Assembly: GCA_041191485.1 (NCBI GenBank)
Contig: JBEEOS010000001.1
Coordinates: forward strand, 1-51,350
Origin: Pseudomonadota bacterium
GTDB taxonomy: Bacteria > Pseudomonadota > Gammaproteobacteria > Burkholderiales > Burkholderiaceae_C
Length of the DNA stretch: 51,350 nt
Reading direction: 5' to 3'
Numbering within the stretch: the first letter of the stretch is position 1; every line of letters begins with the position of its first letter. A program made the translations under genes and the position numbers. The notes under the pieces are model-generated. The model saw nothing but the letters and a program-made list of their open reading frames with translations. It did not search any database and was not told the origin of the DNA. Below, piece by piece: positions 38,516 through 49,664 of the stretch.

Positions 38516-40780
38516 ATGACTCCGACATTGCCCTCTGTGTTGCGTTCAGGCATCGCCCAAGCCTGGTTGAGCCGCGTTCCTGTGGAACTGCTGCCAGACG
38601 AATCACCTTTGTCGGGTCTTGAGTTGGACCTCGACGATGAGCTTGTTTTTGCCAGAACGGCTCTCATTTTGACCGAACGCCGGGTCCTGGCGTGCCGGGA
38701 AGGTGAAAAAAAGTGGCAACAATGGGTAATCGAGCCGGACTGGACATGGCGCATTTCCGACCACGCAGGGGTGGGGTGGCTGGAGCTGTTCAACCGTCAG
38801 GGCCGCTTGGGCAGCTGGCGGTACACCTTGGGCCAGCAGCCCGCAGTGCAGCGCTGGGTGGATCAGGCCCGTCAAGGTCCGGGCAGGCAAGGTGTACAGG
38901 CCACGCCATCCGGGACTGAGTTCAACGACTCGATCTGCCCCCAGTGTCAGGCCCCCATGCCCGAGGGCGCCCTGGTTTGCCCTGCCTGTCAATCCGAAGA
39001 CACGCCTCCCTCGACCTGGACGCTTTTCAAGCTCTGGCGTTTTGCCCGGCACTACAAATGGCAGCTGTTCAGTGGTTTTGCCCTGACGCTGGCTTCGACG
39101 GCGGCGACCCTGGTGCCGCCCTACATGACGATGCCCTTGATGGACGAGGTGCTGATTCCCTACCAGAACGGAAAGTCCATCGATCCGCATTTGGTGGGGC
39201 TGTACCTGGGGGGCTTGTTGCTGGCAGCCTTGCTGGCCTGGGTGCTGGGGTGGGCCAAGACCTATATTCTGGCCCTGGTGTCCGAGCGCATTGGTGCGGA
39301 TCTGCGCACCACCACGTATGAACACCTGCTCAAACTCTCCCTGGAATACTTTGGGGGCAGGCGCACGGGCGACCTGATCGCGCGCATTGGCAGTGAAACA
39401 GACCGCATCAATGTGTTCATGTCCCTGCATTTGCTGGACTTTGCCACCGATGTGCTGATGATCGTGATGACGGCCGTCATCCTGTTCACCATCAACCCCA
39501 TGCTGGCGCTGGTGACTTTGCTGCCATTGCCGTTTATCGGATGGCTGATTCATGTGGTGCGTGAACGCTTGCGGACCGGCTTTGAAAAAATCGACCGCGT
39601 GTGGGCCGAGGTGACCAATGTCCTGGCCGACACGATTCCGGGCATCCGCGTGGTCAAGGCGTTTGCACAGGAGGGGCGTGAGGCACAGCGTTTCAAGGAT
39701 GCCAACCGCCACAACCTGCAGGTCAACGATCGGCTCAACAAGGTCTGGTCCCTGTTTGCGCCGACTGTTGCCCTGATGACCGAGATTGGTTTGCTGGTGG
39801 TCTGGGGCTTTGGCATCTGGCTGGTGTCCAAAGACAGCATCACGGTGGGCGTGCTCACCGCCTTCCTGGCCTATATAGGGCGCTTTTACACCCGCCTCGA
39901 CTCCATGAGCCGGATCGTGTCGCATACCCAGAAAGCTGCATCCGGGGCGAAGCGGATTTTTGACATCCTGGACCATGTCTCCAGCGTACCTGAGCCTGTG
40001 GACCCCGTGCCTCTGCCCGCTGTGAAAGGTCATATTGCCTTGCGCCAGGCGCATTTCCGTTATGGCAACCGGGCAGTCATCCGCAACCTGGACCTGACCA
40101 TTGAGCCTGGGCAGATGATTGGTCTGGTGGGTCACAGTGGTTCAGGCAAGAGCACCTTGGTCAACCTGATTTGCCGTTTCTATGATGTCAGCCAGGGGCA
40201 GGTGCTGCTCGATGGTGTGGACATCCGTCGCCTGAAGTTGTCGGACTACCGCAGCCAGATTGGCCTGGTCTTGCAGGAACCCTTCCTGTTCTTTGGCACG
40301 ATTGCCGAGAACATTGCCTACGGCCGCCCTGACGCCAGCCGCGAGCAGATCATTGCAGCGGCACGCGCTGCGCACGCGCATGAGTTCATCTTGCGCATGC
40401 CGCAAGGCTACGACTCCCTGGTGGGCGAGCGAGGACAAGGCTTGTCGGGCGGCGAGCGTCAGCGCATCTCGATTGCACGCGCCTTGCTGATTGATCCGCG
40501 CATCCTGATTCTGGACGAAGCAACCTCTGCCGTGGACACCGAGACCGAAAAAGAAATTCAGAACGCGCTGGACAACCTGGTGCGGGGCCGCACCACGATT
40601 GCGATTGCGCATCGGCTGTCCACGCTGCGCAAGGCCGACCGTTTGGTGGTCATGGACAAAGGCGAGGTGGTGGAAGAGGGTACGCACGAGGCCCTGATGC
40701 AAGCCGAAGGTGCCTACTGGCGCCTGTACCAGGCACAGCAGCGCAAAGCCGAAGACGACCTGTTTGAGGAGCAATCATGA
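38516..40780 (+). CDS. cyanophycin-locus-associated ABC exporter (fused TMD+NBD) with ~165-aa N-terminal extension
   Basis: Six-TM MsbA-type domain; Walker A GHSGSGKST, signature LSGGERQR, Walker B ILILDE, H-loop IAHRL; N-terminal CPQC-x10-CPAC. Confidence 0.9.
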   Translation: MTPTLPSVLRSGIAQAWLSRVPVELLPDESPLSGLELDLDDELVFARTALILTERRVLACREGEKKWQQWVIEPDWTWRISDHAGVGWLELFNRQGRLGSWRYTLGQQPAVQRWVDQARQGPGRQGVQATPSGTEFNDSICPQCQAPMPEGALVCPACQSEDTPPSTWTLFKLWRFARHYKWQLFSGFALTLASTAATLVPPYMTMPLMDEVLIPYQNGKSIDPHLVGLYLGGLLLAALLAWVLGWAKTYILALVSERIGADLRTTTYEHLLKLSLEYFGGRRTGDLIARIGSETDRINVFMSLHLLDFATDVLMIVMTAVILFTINPMLALVTLLPLPFIGWLIHVVRERLRTGFEKIDRVWAEVTNVLADTIPGIRVVKAFAQEGREAQRFKDANRHNLQVNDRLNKVWSLFAPTVALMTEIGLLVVWGFGIWLVSKDSITVGVLTAFLAYIGRFYTRLDSMSRIVSHTQKAASGAKRIFDILDHVSSVPEPVDPVPLPAVKGHIALRQAHFRYGNRAVIRNLDLTIEPGQMIGLVGHSGSGKSTLVNLICRFYDVSQGQVLLDGVDIRRLKLSDYRSQIGLVLQEPFLFFGTIAENIAYGRPDASREQIIAAARAAHAHEFILRMPQGYDSLVGERGQGLSGGERQRISIARALLIDPRILILDEATSAVDTETEKEIQNALDNLVRGRTTIAIAHRLSTLRKADRLVVMDKGEVVEEGTHEALMQAEGAYWRLYQAQQRKAEDDLFEEQS

Positions 40781-41241
40781 GCTCGGTGACTTTGCAACGC
40801 GATGCCAGGGGGCGTTGGGGCTTGACGCTGGCGGATGGCAGCGAACATGTGCCGGTCACGGTGGTGCGCGCCAATCCGGTGACTGCGCCAGAAGAAGGCG
40901 TGGCCGTGATGAGCGCCGAGGGCCGCGAGCTGTGGTGGTGCGACCGGCTGACGGATTCGCCCGAACCCATGGCGCGGGCCTTGCGCGAAGCGCTGCAGGA
41001 ACGCGAATTCCTGCCCGAAATTTTGCGCTTGCTCAGTGTCAGCAGTTTTGCCACCCCCAGCGAGTGGGTGGTGGAAACGAATCGTGGTCAGACCCGGCTG
41101 ACGCTCAAGGCCGAGGAGGACATTCGACGCCTGAATCGGGACACCCTGCTGCTCAGCGACAGCCACGGTGTGCAATACCTGATTCGCGAGCCGCAGCGCT
41201 GGGACCGTCATGCCCGGCGCTTGCTCGACCGCTTCATGTGA
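40777..41241 (+). CDS. DUF1854-like protein associated with the cyanophycin locus
   Basis: VRANPVTAPEEGV, EREFLPEI, WVVETNRG, EEDIRRL and DSHGVQYLI motifs; ATGA coupling to the ABC gene. Confidence 0.8.
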   Translation: MSSVTLQRDARGRWGLTLADGSEHVPVTVVRANPVTAPEEGVAVMSAEGRELWWCDRLTDSPEPMARALREALQEREFLPEILRLLSVSSFATPSEWVVETNRGQTRLTLKAEEDIRRLNRDTLLLSDSHGVQYLIREPQRWDRHARRLLDRFM

Positions 41242-42879
41242 TCAGGAGCGGCGACAGCTGGCGTACAGATCCAGCTCGGCCTGGTAAAGCGTGGTTTTGA
41301 CGTTGGCCAGGCCCAGCGCCGAATGGAAGTAAGCGTCGTGGGTAAAGGGTTGCGTGAGCTTGCTGCGCATGCATTCCAGCGGCAGGCCTTGCTGCTGCTG
41401 GTAGCTGTCAGACATCCAGGTGATCCAGGGCACGCGCTTTTGCTCTTCAGGCGCGATCCGGTAGGGCAGGCCGTGCAGATAGACGTTGTTCTCGCCCAGC
41501 GACTCGCCATGGTCTGACACGTACATCATCACCGAGGGTTGCTTGTGCTGCTTGAGCCAGCCAATGGTCTGGCTCAGGAAGTGGTCGGTGTAGACGATGG
41601 TGTTGTCAAAAGCATTGATCACCTGTTGACGCTCGCATTCCTGCAGTGCATTGCTGGTGCATTCCGGCAGGAATTTTTTGAACGCTGCCGGGGTGCGCTT
41701 GTAGTAGGCGGGGCCGTGGCTGCCCATCTGGTGCATCACCAGCACCACACCTTTGGCGCGTTGCTCGGCTGGCAGCTGGGCCAGGCGCTCGTCGATCTTG
41801 TCGAGCATGACTTCATCATGGCACTCGCTGCCGTCACACCAAGGCGAGGTCTTGAGCTGGGTGGTGGAGGCGCTGTGCACGCGGTCACACAAACCTTTGC
41901 AACCGGCCTGGTTGTCGACCCACAGCACGGCCAGTCCGGCGCGTTGCAGCACATCGAGCAGGTTTTCGTAGTTGTGTTTTCGGCTGTCAAAGTCCTCACG
42001 CCCCAGGTGCGAGAACATGCAGGGCAAAGAGGCAGCCGTGCTGGTGCCGCAAGAGGTCACGCCACGCAGACTGACGACTTTTTCCTGGGCCAGTTTGGGC
42101 GTGGTCGGGCGCTCGTAGCCGTTGATGCCGAAGTTGCCCATGCGTGCGGTTTCACCCACCACCAGAACGATCAGCGGTGCCTGCGCGTTGGCAGGTCGCT
42201 GCTGGATGGCGTCTTGCCCAATGGGCAAGATGGTTTTTTCGTCACGCCGGAAAGGTTGAACCGCCACCGAGGTCACGGCATACAGGCTGTTGAGCGGGTT
42301 GATCAGATAGCGGATCTGGGTGTGGTTGCGCATGATCGAGGCGAAATCCTGAAAAATCGCCATCAGGCAGAGAAAGGCGACCAGGGCAGAGACCACCATG
42401 GCGCCCAGCTGCGACACCAGCGCGCGGCGCCAACCGAGCTTGCGCAAGGGTGTGCGCCAGATGAGCCACAGGGGCAAGACGGCTAGAACCAGCAGGGCCA
42501 CGATCATTCGCCAGTTCAACAGGTCAGCGGCCTCGCGCGGATCAGTCTGCATCACATTGGTGATCATGGTCGCGTCGATCACAATGCCGTAGCTGAGCAT
42601 GAAATAAGCGCCTGCGGCTGCACTGATCACCAGCAAGCTCAGCACAGGTTTGAGCAAACGGGGCCAACCCAGCATCAAGGTCAGCATCAACGTGATGGCC
42701 CAAATGGCGACGCCCATGCCCAGTGCAAACAGCAGACCCCGTGTGCCTTGCACTTCAGGCAAGGCCATCAGCTGGCGCCACAGAGGCCAGTTGGGCAAGG
42801 TCACCAGCCACAAAGTAGTCAGCAAAGACAGCCACAAGGGGTGGGTGACATGGGCAGTTGAATTTCTTTGGGTCTTCAT
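41242..42879 (-). CDS. eptA: lipid A phosphoethanolamine transferase (EptA/PmrC family)
   Basis: Five-TM N-terminus; VLVVGETAR, SCGTSTAASLPCMFS (catalytic Thr), HQMGSHGPAY and SDHGESLGE..YLHG motifs. Confidence 0.92.
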   Translation of the reverse strand: MKTQRNSTAHVTHPLWLSLLTTLWLVTLPNWPLWRQLMALPEVQGTRGLLFALGMGVAIWAITLMLTLMLGWPRLLKPVLSLLVISAAAGAYFMLSYGIVIDATMITNVMQTDPREAADLLNWRMIVALLVLAVLPLWLIWRTPLRKLGWRRALVSQLGAMVVSALVAFLCLMAIFQDFASIMRNHTQIRYLINPLNSLYAVTSVAVQPFRRDEKTILPIGQDAIQQRPANAQAPLIVLVVGETARMGNFGINGYERPTTPKLAQEKVVSLRGVTSCGTSTAASLPCMFSHLGREDFDSRKHNYENLLDVLQRAGLAVLWVDNQAGCKGLCDRVHSASTTQLKTSPWCDGSECHDEVMLDKIDERLAQLPAEQRAKGVVLVMHQMGSHGPAYYKRTPAAFKKFLPECTSNALQECERQQVINAFDNTIVYTDHFLSQTIGWLKQHKQPSVMMYVSDHGESLGENNVYLHGLPYRIAPEEQKRVPWITWMSDSYQQQQGLPLECMRSKLTQPFTHDAYFHSALGLANVKTTLYQAELDLYASCRRS

Positions 42880-42947
42880 GGGCGATTCCAGTAGCCGGCT
42901 ATTGTCGCCGACATGCCAAGCTTGGGGAGGGGCAAAGTTGTATCTCC

Positions 42948-44312
42948 CTAGGCAGGCCAGGTCGAGCCATGCTCGGGTACCACCGCTCGGAAATGAAGCT
43001 CGCGCTCGATGCGCTGGCGCAGGGTGTCAGAGGCTTCGCGCTCGCCATGTACCACATAGACCTGCGAAGGCGGCTGTGGCATGCGCGAGAGCCAGTCCAG
43101 CAACTCGCCGGCGTCGGCATGGGCTGAGGCGCTTTGCAGCTGAGCCACCTCTGCTCGAACCGGGATGTCCTGACCATGAAGACGTAGGGTGCTGCTGCCA
43201 TTGGCCAGACTGGCGCCGCGTGTGCCTTCGGACTGATGGCCTGTGAGCACAATCAGATTGCGATGATCCGGGGCATAGCGCTCGAGGTGGTGCAGCACGC
43301 GTCCACCCGTGGCCATGCCGCTGGCCGCCAGAATCACCATGGGCCCGTGACGCAGGGCCAGCGCCTTGGATTCCTCCGGGGTTTCAATCATGCGCGCGAC
43401 ATGTCCCATGGCGCGTATGTCCTGATTGTCGAGCTTGTGTGCATAGGGGTGCCGCGCAAACAAGGCTGTCGTGTGCGAGGCCATGGGGCTGTCCAGAAAT
43501 ACGGGCAGGCCATGGGGTAATTCACCTTTTGCCTTGTAGCGCGCGAGCATGTGCAAAATCATTTGTGCACGCCCTACCGCGAACACGGGCACGACGGTCA
43601 CGCCGCCGCGTGCAGCCACCTTTTGCAGCAAGGGCAGCAACTCCGCCTCCAGGTTTTCTTCGGGGTGTAGGCGATTGCCATAGGTGGACTCGATCAGTAC
43701 CGTGTCGGCCGCTGGCGGGTCTTCGGGTGCCCGCATGAGCTCGTCGTTGGGGCGCCCCAAGTCACCAGAAAACAGCATGCGGTGACCAGCTACTTCAAGG
43801 TACAGGCTGCTGGCACCCAGAATGTGTCCGGCTTCACTGAAGCGGGCTTTCCAGCCAGGCATGGGCTCAAACCACTGGCCCCATTCGTGGGTCGTGAACT
43901 GCGGCATGCAGGCCAGAGCGTCTGCGCGGGTATACAGCGGCTGCGCAGGATGGTGCTTGGAAAAACCGTGCTTGTTGGCAAAACGGGCGTCTTCTTCCTG
44001 GATATGCCCGCTGTCTGGCAGCAGGATGGCGCACAAGTCCCGGGTGGCAGGTGTGGCGTGGATGCGGCCCTCATAGCCTTTGCGCACCAGTGAAGGCAGG
44101 TATCCGCTGTGGTCCAGGTGCGCATGGGTCAGAATGACCGCATCGATGCTGGCAGGGGCAAACGCAGGTTCTGCCCAGTTGCGCAGGCGCAGCTGTTTGT
44201 AGCCTTGAAACAGGCCGCAGTCCACCAGCAGCCGTTGGTCCTGGTGACGCACCAGGTATTTAGAGCCCGTGACTGTGTCGGCCCCACCCAGAAATTGAAT
44301 CTTGACACTCAT
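42948..44312 (-). CDS. beta-CASP metallo-beta-lactamase-fold ribonuclease (CPSF73/Ysh1-like)
   Basis: LVDCG, THAHLDHSG, AGHILG, SGDLG, ESTYG, FAVGRAQ, SGMATGGR, SAHAD and VHGE motifs. Confidence 0.92.
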   Translation of the reverse strand: MSVKIQFLGGADTVTGSKYLVRHQDQRLLVDCGLFQGYKQLRLRNWAEPAFAPASIDAVILTHAHLDHSGYLPSLVRKGYEGRIHATPATRDLCAILLPDSGHIQEEDARFANKHGFSKHHPAQPLYTRADALACMPQFTTHEWGQWFEPMPGWKARFSEAGHILGASSLYLEVAGHRMLFSGDLGRPNDELMRAPEDPPAADTVLIESTYGNRLHPEENLEAELLPLLQKVAARGGVTVVPVFAVGRAQMILHMLARYKAKGELPHGLPVFLDSPMASHTTALFARHPYAHKLDNQDIRAMGHVARMIETPEESKALALRHGPMVILAASGMATGGRVLHHLERYAPDHRNLIVLTGHQSEGTRGASLANGSSTLRLHGQDIPVRAEVAQLQSASAHADAGELLDWLSRMPQPPSQVYVVHGEREASDTLRQRIERELHFRAVVPEHGSTWPA

Positions 44313-44347
44313 GGAGGGATGATAGCCAGCCCGTGCTGAAAGGGGAA

Positions 44348-44379
44348 ATGCAAACGGGGCCCGCTGGCCCCGTTGCATG
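44348..44379 (-). terminator. hairpin terminator downstream of dnaJ
   Basis: ATGCAAACGGGGCC...GGCCCCGTTGCAT inverted repeat, followed on the minus strand by TTCCCCTTT. Confidence 0.6.
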
Positions 44380-44402
44380 AGTCTTTTGCGCTGGGTGTCT
44401 AC

Positions 44403-45539
44403 TCAAGCGCCAAAGAAGTTCTTGAGCTTGTCTGTCCAGCTCTCGCCGGTGGGTTGGTGCTTGTGGCCACCTTTTTCCAGCGAGGTTTCCAGCTCCTTGA
44501 GCAGTTTTTTCTGGTGCTCGGTGAGTTTGATGGGCGTTTCCACATTCACATGGCAGTACAAATCGCCCGGGTAGCTGGAGCGCACGCCCTTGATGCCTTT
44601 GCCGCGCAATCGGAACTGCTTGCCGCTTTGGGTGCCTTCGGGAATTTCGATCACGGCTTTGCCGCCGAGCGTGGGCACTTCGATCTCGCCGCCCAGAGCT
44701 GCACGTGTGATGCTGATGGGCACAACACAATGCAGATCGTCGCCTTCGCGCTCGAAGATGTCGTGCTTCTTGATGCGGATTTCGATGTACAGATCGCCTG
44801 GCGGGCCGCCGTTGGTGCCGGGCTCGCCATTGCCGACGCTGCGGATGCGCATGCCATCGTCGATGCCTGCAGGAATCTTGACTTCCAGTGTTTTCTGTTT
44901 CTTGACCTTGCCCTGACCGTGGCAGGTGCCGCAGGGGTCGGGGATGATCTTGCCGGTGCCTCGGCAGTGCGGGCAGGTCTGCTGTACGCTGAAAAAGCCC
45001 TGGCGCATCTGCACAGTACCGGAGCCGTGGCAGGTTGAGCAGGTCTTGGCGCTGGTGCCCGGCTTTGCGCCGGTGCCGTGACAGGTGTCGCACTCTTCCC
45101 AGCTGGGGATGCGCAGCTGCGCGTCCTTGCCGTGAGCAGCCTCTTCCAGGGTGATGTCCATGGCGTAGCTCAGGTCTGCACCGCGGAAGACCTGACGCCC
45201 GCCGCCTGCGCGTCGACCACCACCAAAGATGTCACCGAAGATGTCGCCAAAAGCATCACCAAAACCGCCAAAGCCCTCAGCACCGCCAGGGCCACGCATG
45301 TTCGGGTCCACGCCGGCATGGCCATACTGATCGTAGGCTGCGCGCTTTTGTGCGTCCGAGAGCATCTCGTACGCTTCCTTGACTTCCTTGAATTTGGCTT
45401 CGGCTTCTTTGGCGGCATCGCCCTGGTTGCGGTCAGGGTGGTACTTCATCGCCAGCTTGCGATAAGCCTTCTTGATGTCTTCGTCTGAGGCGTTCTTGGG
45501 GACACCCAGCACTTCGTAAAAATCGCGTTTCGTCGACAT
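44403..45539 (-). CDS. dnaJ: molecular chaperone DnaJ
   Basis: J domain with HPD, G/F-rich region and four CxxCxGxG repeats. Confidence 0.98.
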   Translation of the reverse strand: MSTKRDFYEVLGVPKNASDEDIKKAYRKLAMKYHPDRNQGDAAKEAEAKFKEVKEAYEMLSDAQKRAAYDQYGHAGVDPNMRGPGGAEGFGGFGDAFGDIFGDIFGGGRRAGGGRQVFRGADLSYAMDITLEEAAHGKDAQLRIPSWEECDTCHGTGAKPGTSAKTCSTCHGSGTVQMRQGFFSVQQTCPHCRGTGKIIPDPCGTCHGQGKVKKQKTLEVKIPAGIDDGMRIRSVGNGEPGTNGGPPGDLYIEIRIKKHDIFEREGDDLHCVVPISITRAALGGEIEVPTLGGKAVIEIPEGTQSGKQFRLRGKGIKGVRSSYPGDLYCHVNVETPIKLTEHQKKLLKELETSLEKGGHKHQPTGESWTDKLKNFFGA

Positions 45540-45642
45540 GTTTTTCAACCGTTTCAGCAAGAACGCCGCGCGGCGATTTCCAAAGGAAACCGGCCATCGC
45601 GGCGGGTGTTCAGGTCAGGCCCGCAGGCCGACCTGAGGCGCA

Positions 45643-47559
<1,917 letters not shown>

Positions 47560-47597
47560 GATGAGTGCTCCGTAGAGGAAATTTGAAACTGATGAAT

Positions 47598-47625
47598 AAA
47601 TGGAGGAGGTGTTCGGGAATTCAAG
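47598..47625 (-). promoter_or_regulatory. sigma32-type promoter upstream of dnaK
   Basis: Minus strand CTTGAA-N14-CTCCATTT versus the RpoH consensus CTTGAA-N13/14-CCCCATNT. Confidence 0.65.
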
Positions 47626-47644
47626 TCCTGAACTTGCCCGTCTT

Positions 47645-48181
47645 TTATTTGGGGGCGGCCACGGTGACCAGGGCCGGACGCAAGACGCGCTCGGCGATCA
47701 GGTAGCCCTTTTGCAGAACAGTCACGACCGTGTTGGCTTCCTGCTCGGCAGGCACCATGCTGATGGCCTGGTGCTGGGTCGGGTCGAACTTGGTGCCGGC
47801 GGCGGGGGCCACTTCGACCACCTTGTTGCGTTCCATGGCGCTCTTGAGCTGGCGCAAGGTGGCTTCACTGCCTTCGCGGATTTGTTCGATGGTGGCATTG
47901 GGAATGGCCAGACCGGCTTCGAGACTGTCGATCACCGGCAGCAGGCTTTCGGCAAACCCTTCAACCGCAAACTTGCGGGACTTGGCGATTTCGTCATCAG
48001 CGCGGCGTCGGGCGTTTTGCACATCGGCTTGCGCGCGCAGGTACAGGTCGGCCAGTTCGGCGTTCTTGGCCTGGAGCTCGGCCAGCTGGGCGGCCAGGTC
48101 TTGAGCGGCCTCTGGGGCCTGGGTTTCAGTGGCTGCAGGCGCAGAGGCCGCGTTGTCTGGAGTAGGGGTGTTTTCGGACAT
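47645..48181 (-). CDS. grpE: nucleotide exchange factor GrpE
   Basis: [30 protein letters not shown] and [12 protein letters not shown] motifs. Confidence 0.97.
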   Translation of the reverse strand: MSENTPTPDNAASAPAATETQAPEAAQDLAAQLAELQAKNAELADLYLRAQADVQNARRRADDEIAKSRKFAVEGFAESLLPVIDSLEAGLAIPNATIEQIREGSEATLRQLKSAMERNKVVEVAPAAGTKFDPTQHQAISMVPAEQEANTVVTVLQKGYLIAERVLRPALVTVAAPK

Positions 48182-48221
48182 GAGTGCTCAAAAAAACAGC
48201 AAAACAAGAACTTGCCACCCT

Positions 48222-48249
48222 AGATAGGGGCAAGTCCTGGCGTTTCAAG
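48222..48249 (-). promoter_or_regulatory. sigma32-type promoter upstream of grpE
   Basis: Minus strand CTTGAA-N13-CCCCTATCT. Confidence 0.7.
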
Positions 48250-48309
48250 GGGTTATTTTTCGGACCAGGGCTGCGCTGGCGCGAGCACCTGCGCGCGAAT
48301 GCAGGTGAT

Positions 48310-48660
48310 TTATTCGACGGCCAACAGCTCGACGTCGAATTTGAGGGTGGCGTTGGGTGGAATCACGCCGCCTGCGCCACGGGCACCGTAGCCCAGCTCG
48401 GGCGGGATGATCAAGGTGCGCGCACCGCCGACCTTCATGCCGGCCACGCCTTCGTCCCAGCCTTTGATGACCATGCCCGCACCCAGGGCGAACACAAAAG
48501 GATCACGGCGATCCTTGCTGGAGTCGAATTTGGCGCCTTGCTGACCGTCTTTGTAGAGCCAGCCGGTGTAGTGCACGACCACGTCCTGACCTGCTTTGGC
48601 TTCGGCGCCTTCGCCAACAGTGGTGTCTTCGTATTGCAGGCCGGAGGGAGTGGTGTTCAT
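48310..48660 (-). CDS. FKBP-type peptidyl-prolyl cis-trans isomerase
   Basis: VHYTGWL, FDSS, VIKGWDEG, IPPELGYG and IPPNATLKFDVELL motifs. Confidence 0.95.
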   Translation of the reverse strand: MNTTPSGLQYEDTTVGEGAEAKAGQDVVVHYTGWLYKDGQQGAKFDSSKDRRDPFVFALGAGMVIKGWDEGVAGMKVGGARTLIIPPELGYGARGAGGVIPPNATLKFDVELLAVE

Positions 48661-48694
48661 GGAAGTCTCTAAAGGGTCAAAAACAGGGCTTGAA

Positions 48695-49510
48695 TTATGC
48701 CAGCGCAGGGGGCGGATCACCGGCGCCTTCGCAGGCCGTGCCTTGCAGCAGGCTTTGGCGCATGCGCCGCTCCAGCAATTCATCAAAGTTGTACATGCCT
48801 GGTGGGCAGGTTTCAAGTTCATGCAAGGCAAAGACGGCGCCCGTGCCGAAGGCCTCGCGTTTGATCGAGTTGTGAATCAGGCGCACCGTCTGGTAGGGAA
48901 AGCCGAAAATCACTTCGTGATGGCCCACAATGCCGCCCAGACGCAAGCTTGTGATTTGGTCTTCCTCGACCGACAAGGTTGCGGCAATGCGCCGGGCAGT
49001 GCCTGAAATTTCCTCTTTCTCCTTGAAGTGCTGCTCCAGGATGGCGACATCCGCAAAGGGCGCGATGTTGCGCAAAAGCTTGGCTGCCAGGATCAAGAAG
49101 TTGATGCCCAAGGTGATGTTGGGTGAGCACAGGACTTGGGTTTGCTGACCCAGCTGGGCCAGAAATGCCAGGTGTTCGGGTTGATAGGCCGAGTTGGCGC
49201 TGACCAGCATGATCCCGCGCTCGGCCATGGCTGGCCCGTATTGGTAGACCGCATCGGGGTGGGAAAAGTCCACGATGGCATCCACGGGATGCTCATCCAG
49301 CCAGGCGTTCCAGTCCTGGTCAGAACTGATCAAGGGGATAGGGGTGTTCTTGACGTGCGAGGCCTCGCCGATCCGCTTGCGCGCGACCCACTGCAGGCTG
49401 CACCGTGAGTCTTCCTGCAACACATGAGCCACGGCCTGACCGGCTTTGCCATAGCCCATCAAGCCAACGCGCAAGGGTTTCTGGGGTGTTGAGATTGTGT
49501 GGTTATGCAT
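48695..49510 (-). CDS. dihydrodipicolinate reductase (DapB)-like oxidoreductase, divergent
   Basis: GLMGYGKAG Rossmann motif; IVDFSHP, SPNITLGIN, LRLGGIVGHHEVIFG and REAFGTGA motifs; altered substrate motif EQHFKEKEEISGTA. Confidence 0.75.
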   Translation of the reverse strand: MHNHTISTPQKPLRVGLMGYGKAGQAVAHVLQEDSRCSLQWVARKRIGEASHVKNTPIPLISSDQDWNAWLDEHPVDAIVDFSHPDAVYQYGPAMAERGIMLVSANSAYQPEHLAFLAQLGQQTQVLCSPNITLGINFLILAAKLLRNIAPFADVAILEQHFKEKEEISGTARRIAATLSVEEDQITSLRLGGIVGHHEVIFGFPYQTVRLIHNSIKREAFGTGAVFALHELETCPPGMYNFDELLERRMRQSLLQGTACEGAGDPPPALA

Positions 49511-49664
49511 GGTCTTTCCTCCTGGGTTCATTGTATTTGTTCAAATGCAATTGTGCGTGTTGAGCGCGTATTGAATGAATCGTTTCATGAAGTAACAGGA
49601 AGGGATTCAGAAAAAAACCAGTGCACAATCAAAGCTCTCATATCAACACATCAAGGAGGAAGCC

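Noticed and set aside
34214-38519. 656-aa and 632-aa plus-strand ORFs
   Set aside because: Antisense shadows of the two cph genes, produced by GC3 codon bias; no recognisable motifs.
48179-48192. CIRCE (HrcA) element at grpE/dnaK
   Set aside because: Only a left-arm-like TGAGCACTC is present; the GAGTGCTAA arm 9 nt downstream is absent.
49511-49664. Lysine riboswitch upstream of the DapB-like gene
   Set aside because: Only ~150 bp shared with the divergent ompA gene; no recognisable L-box helices or conserved motifs.
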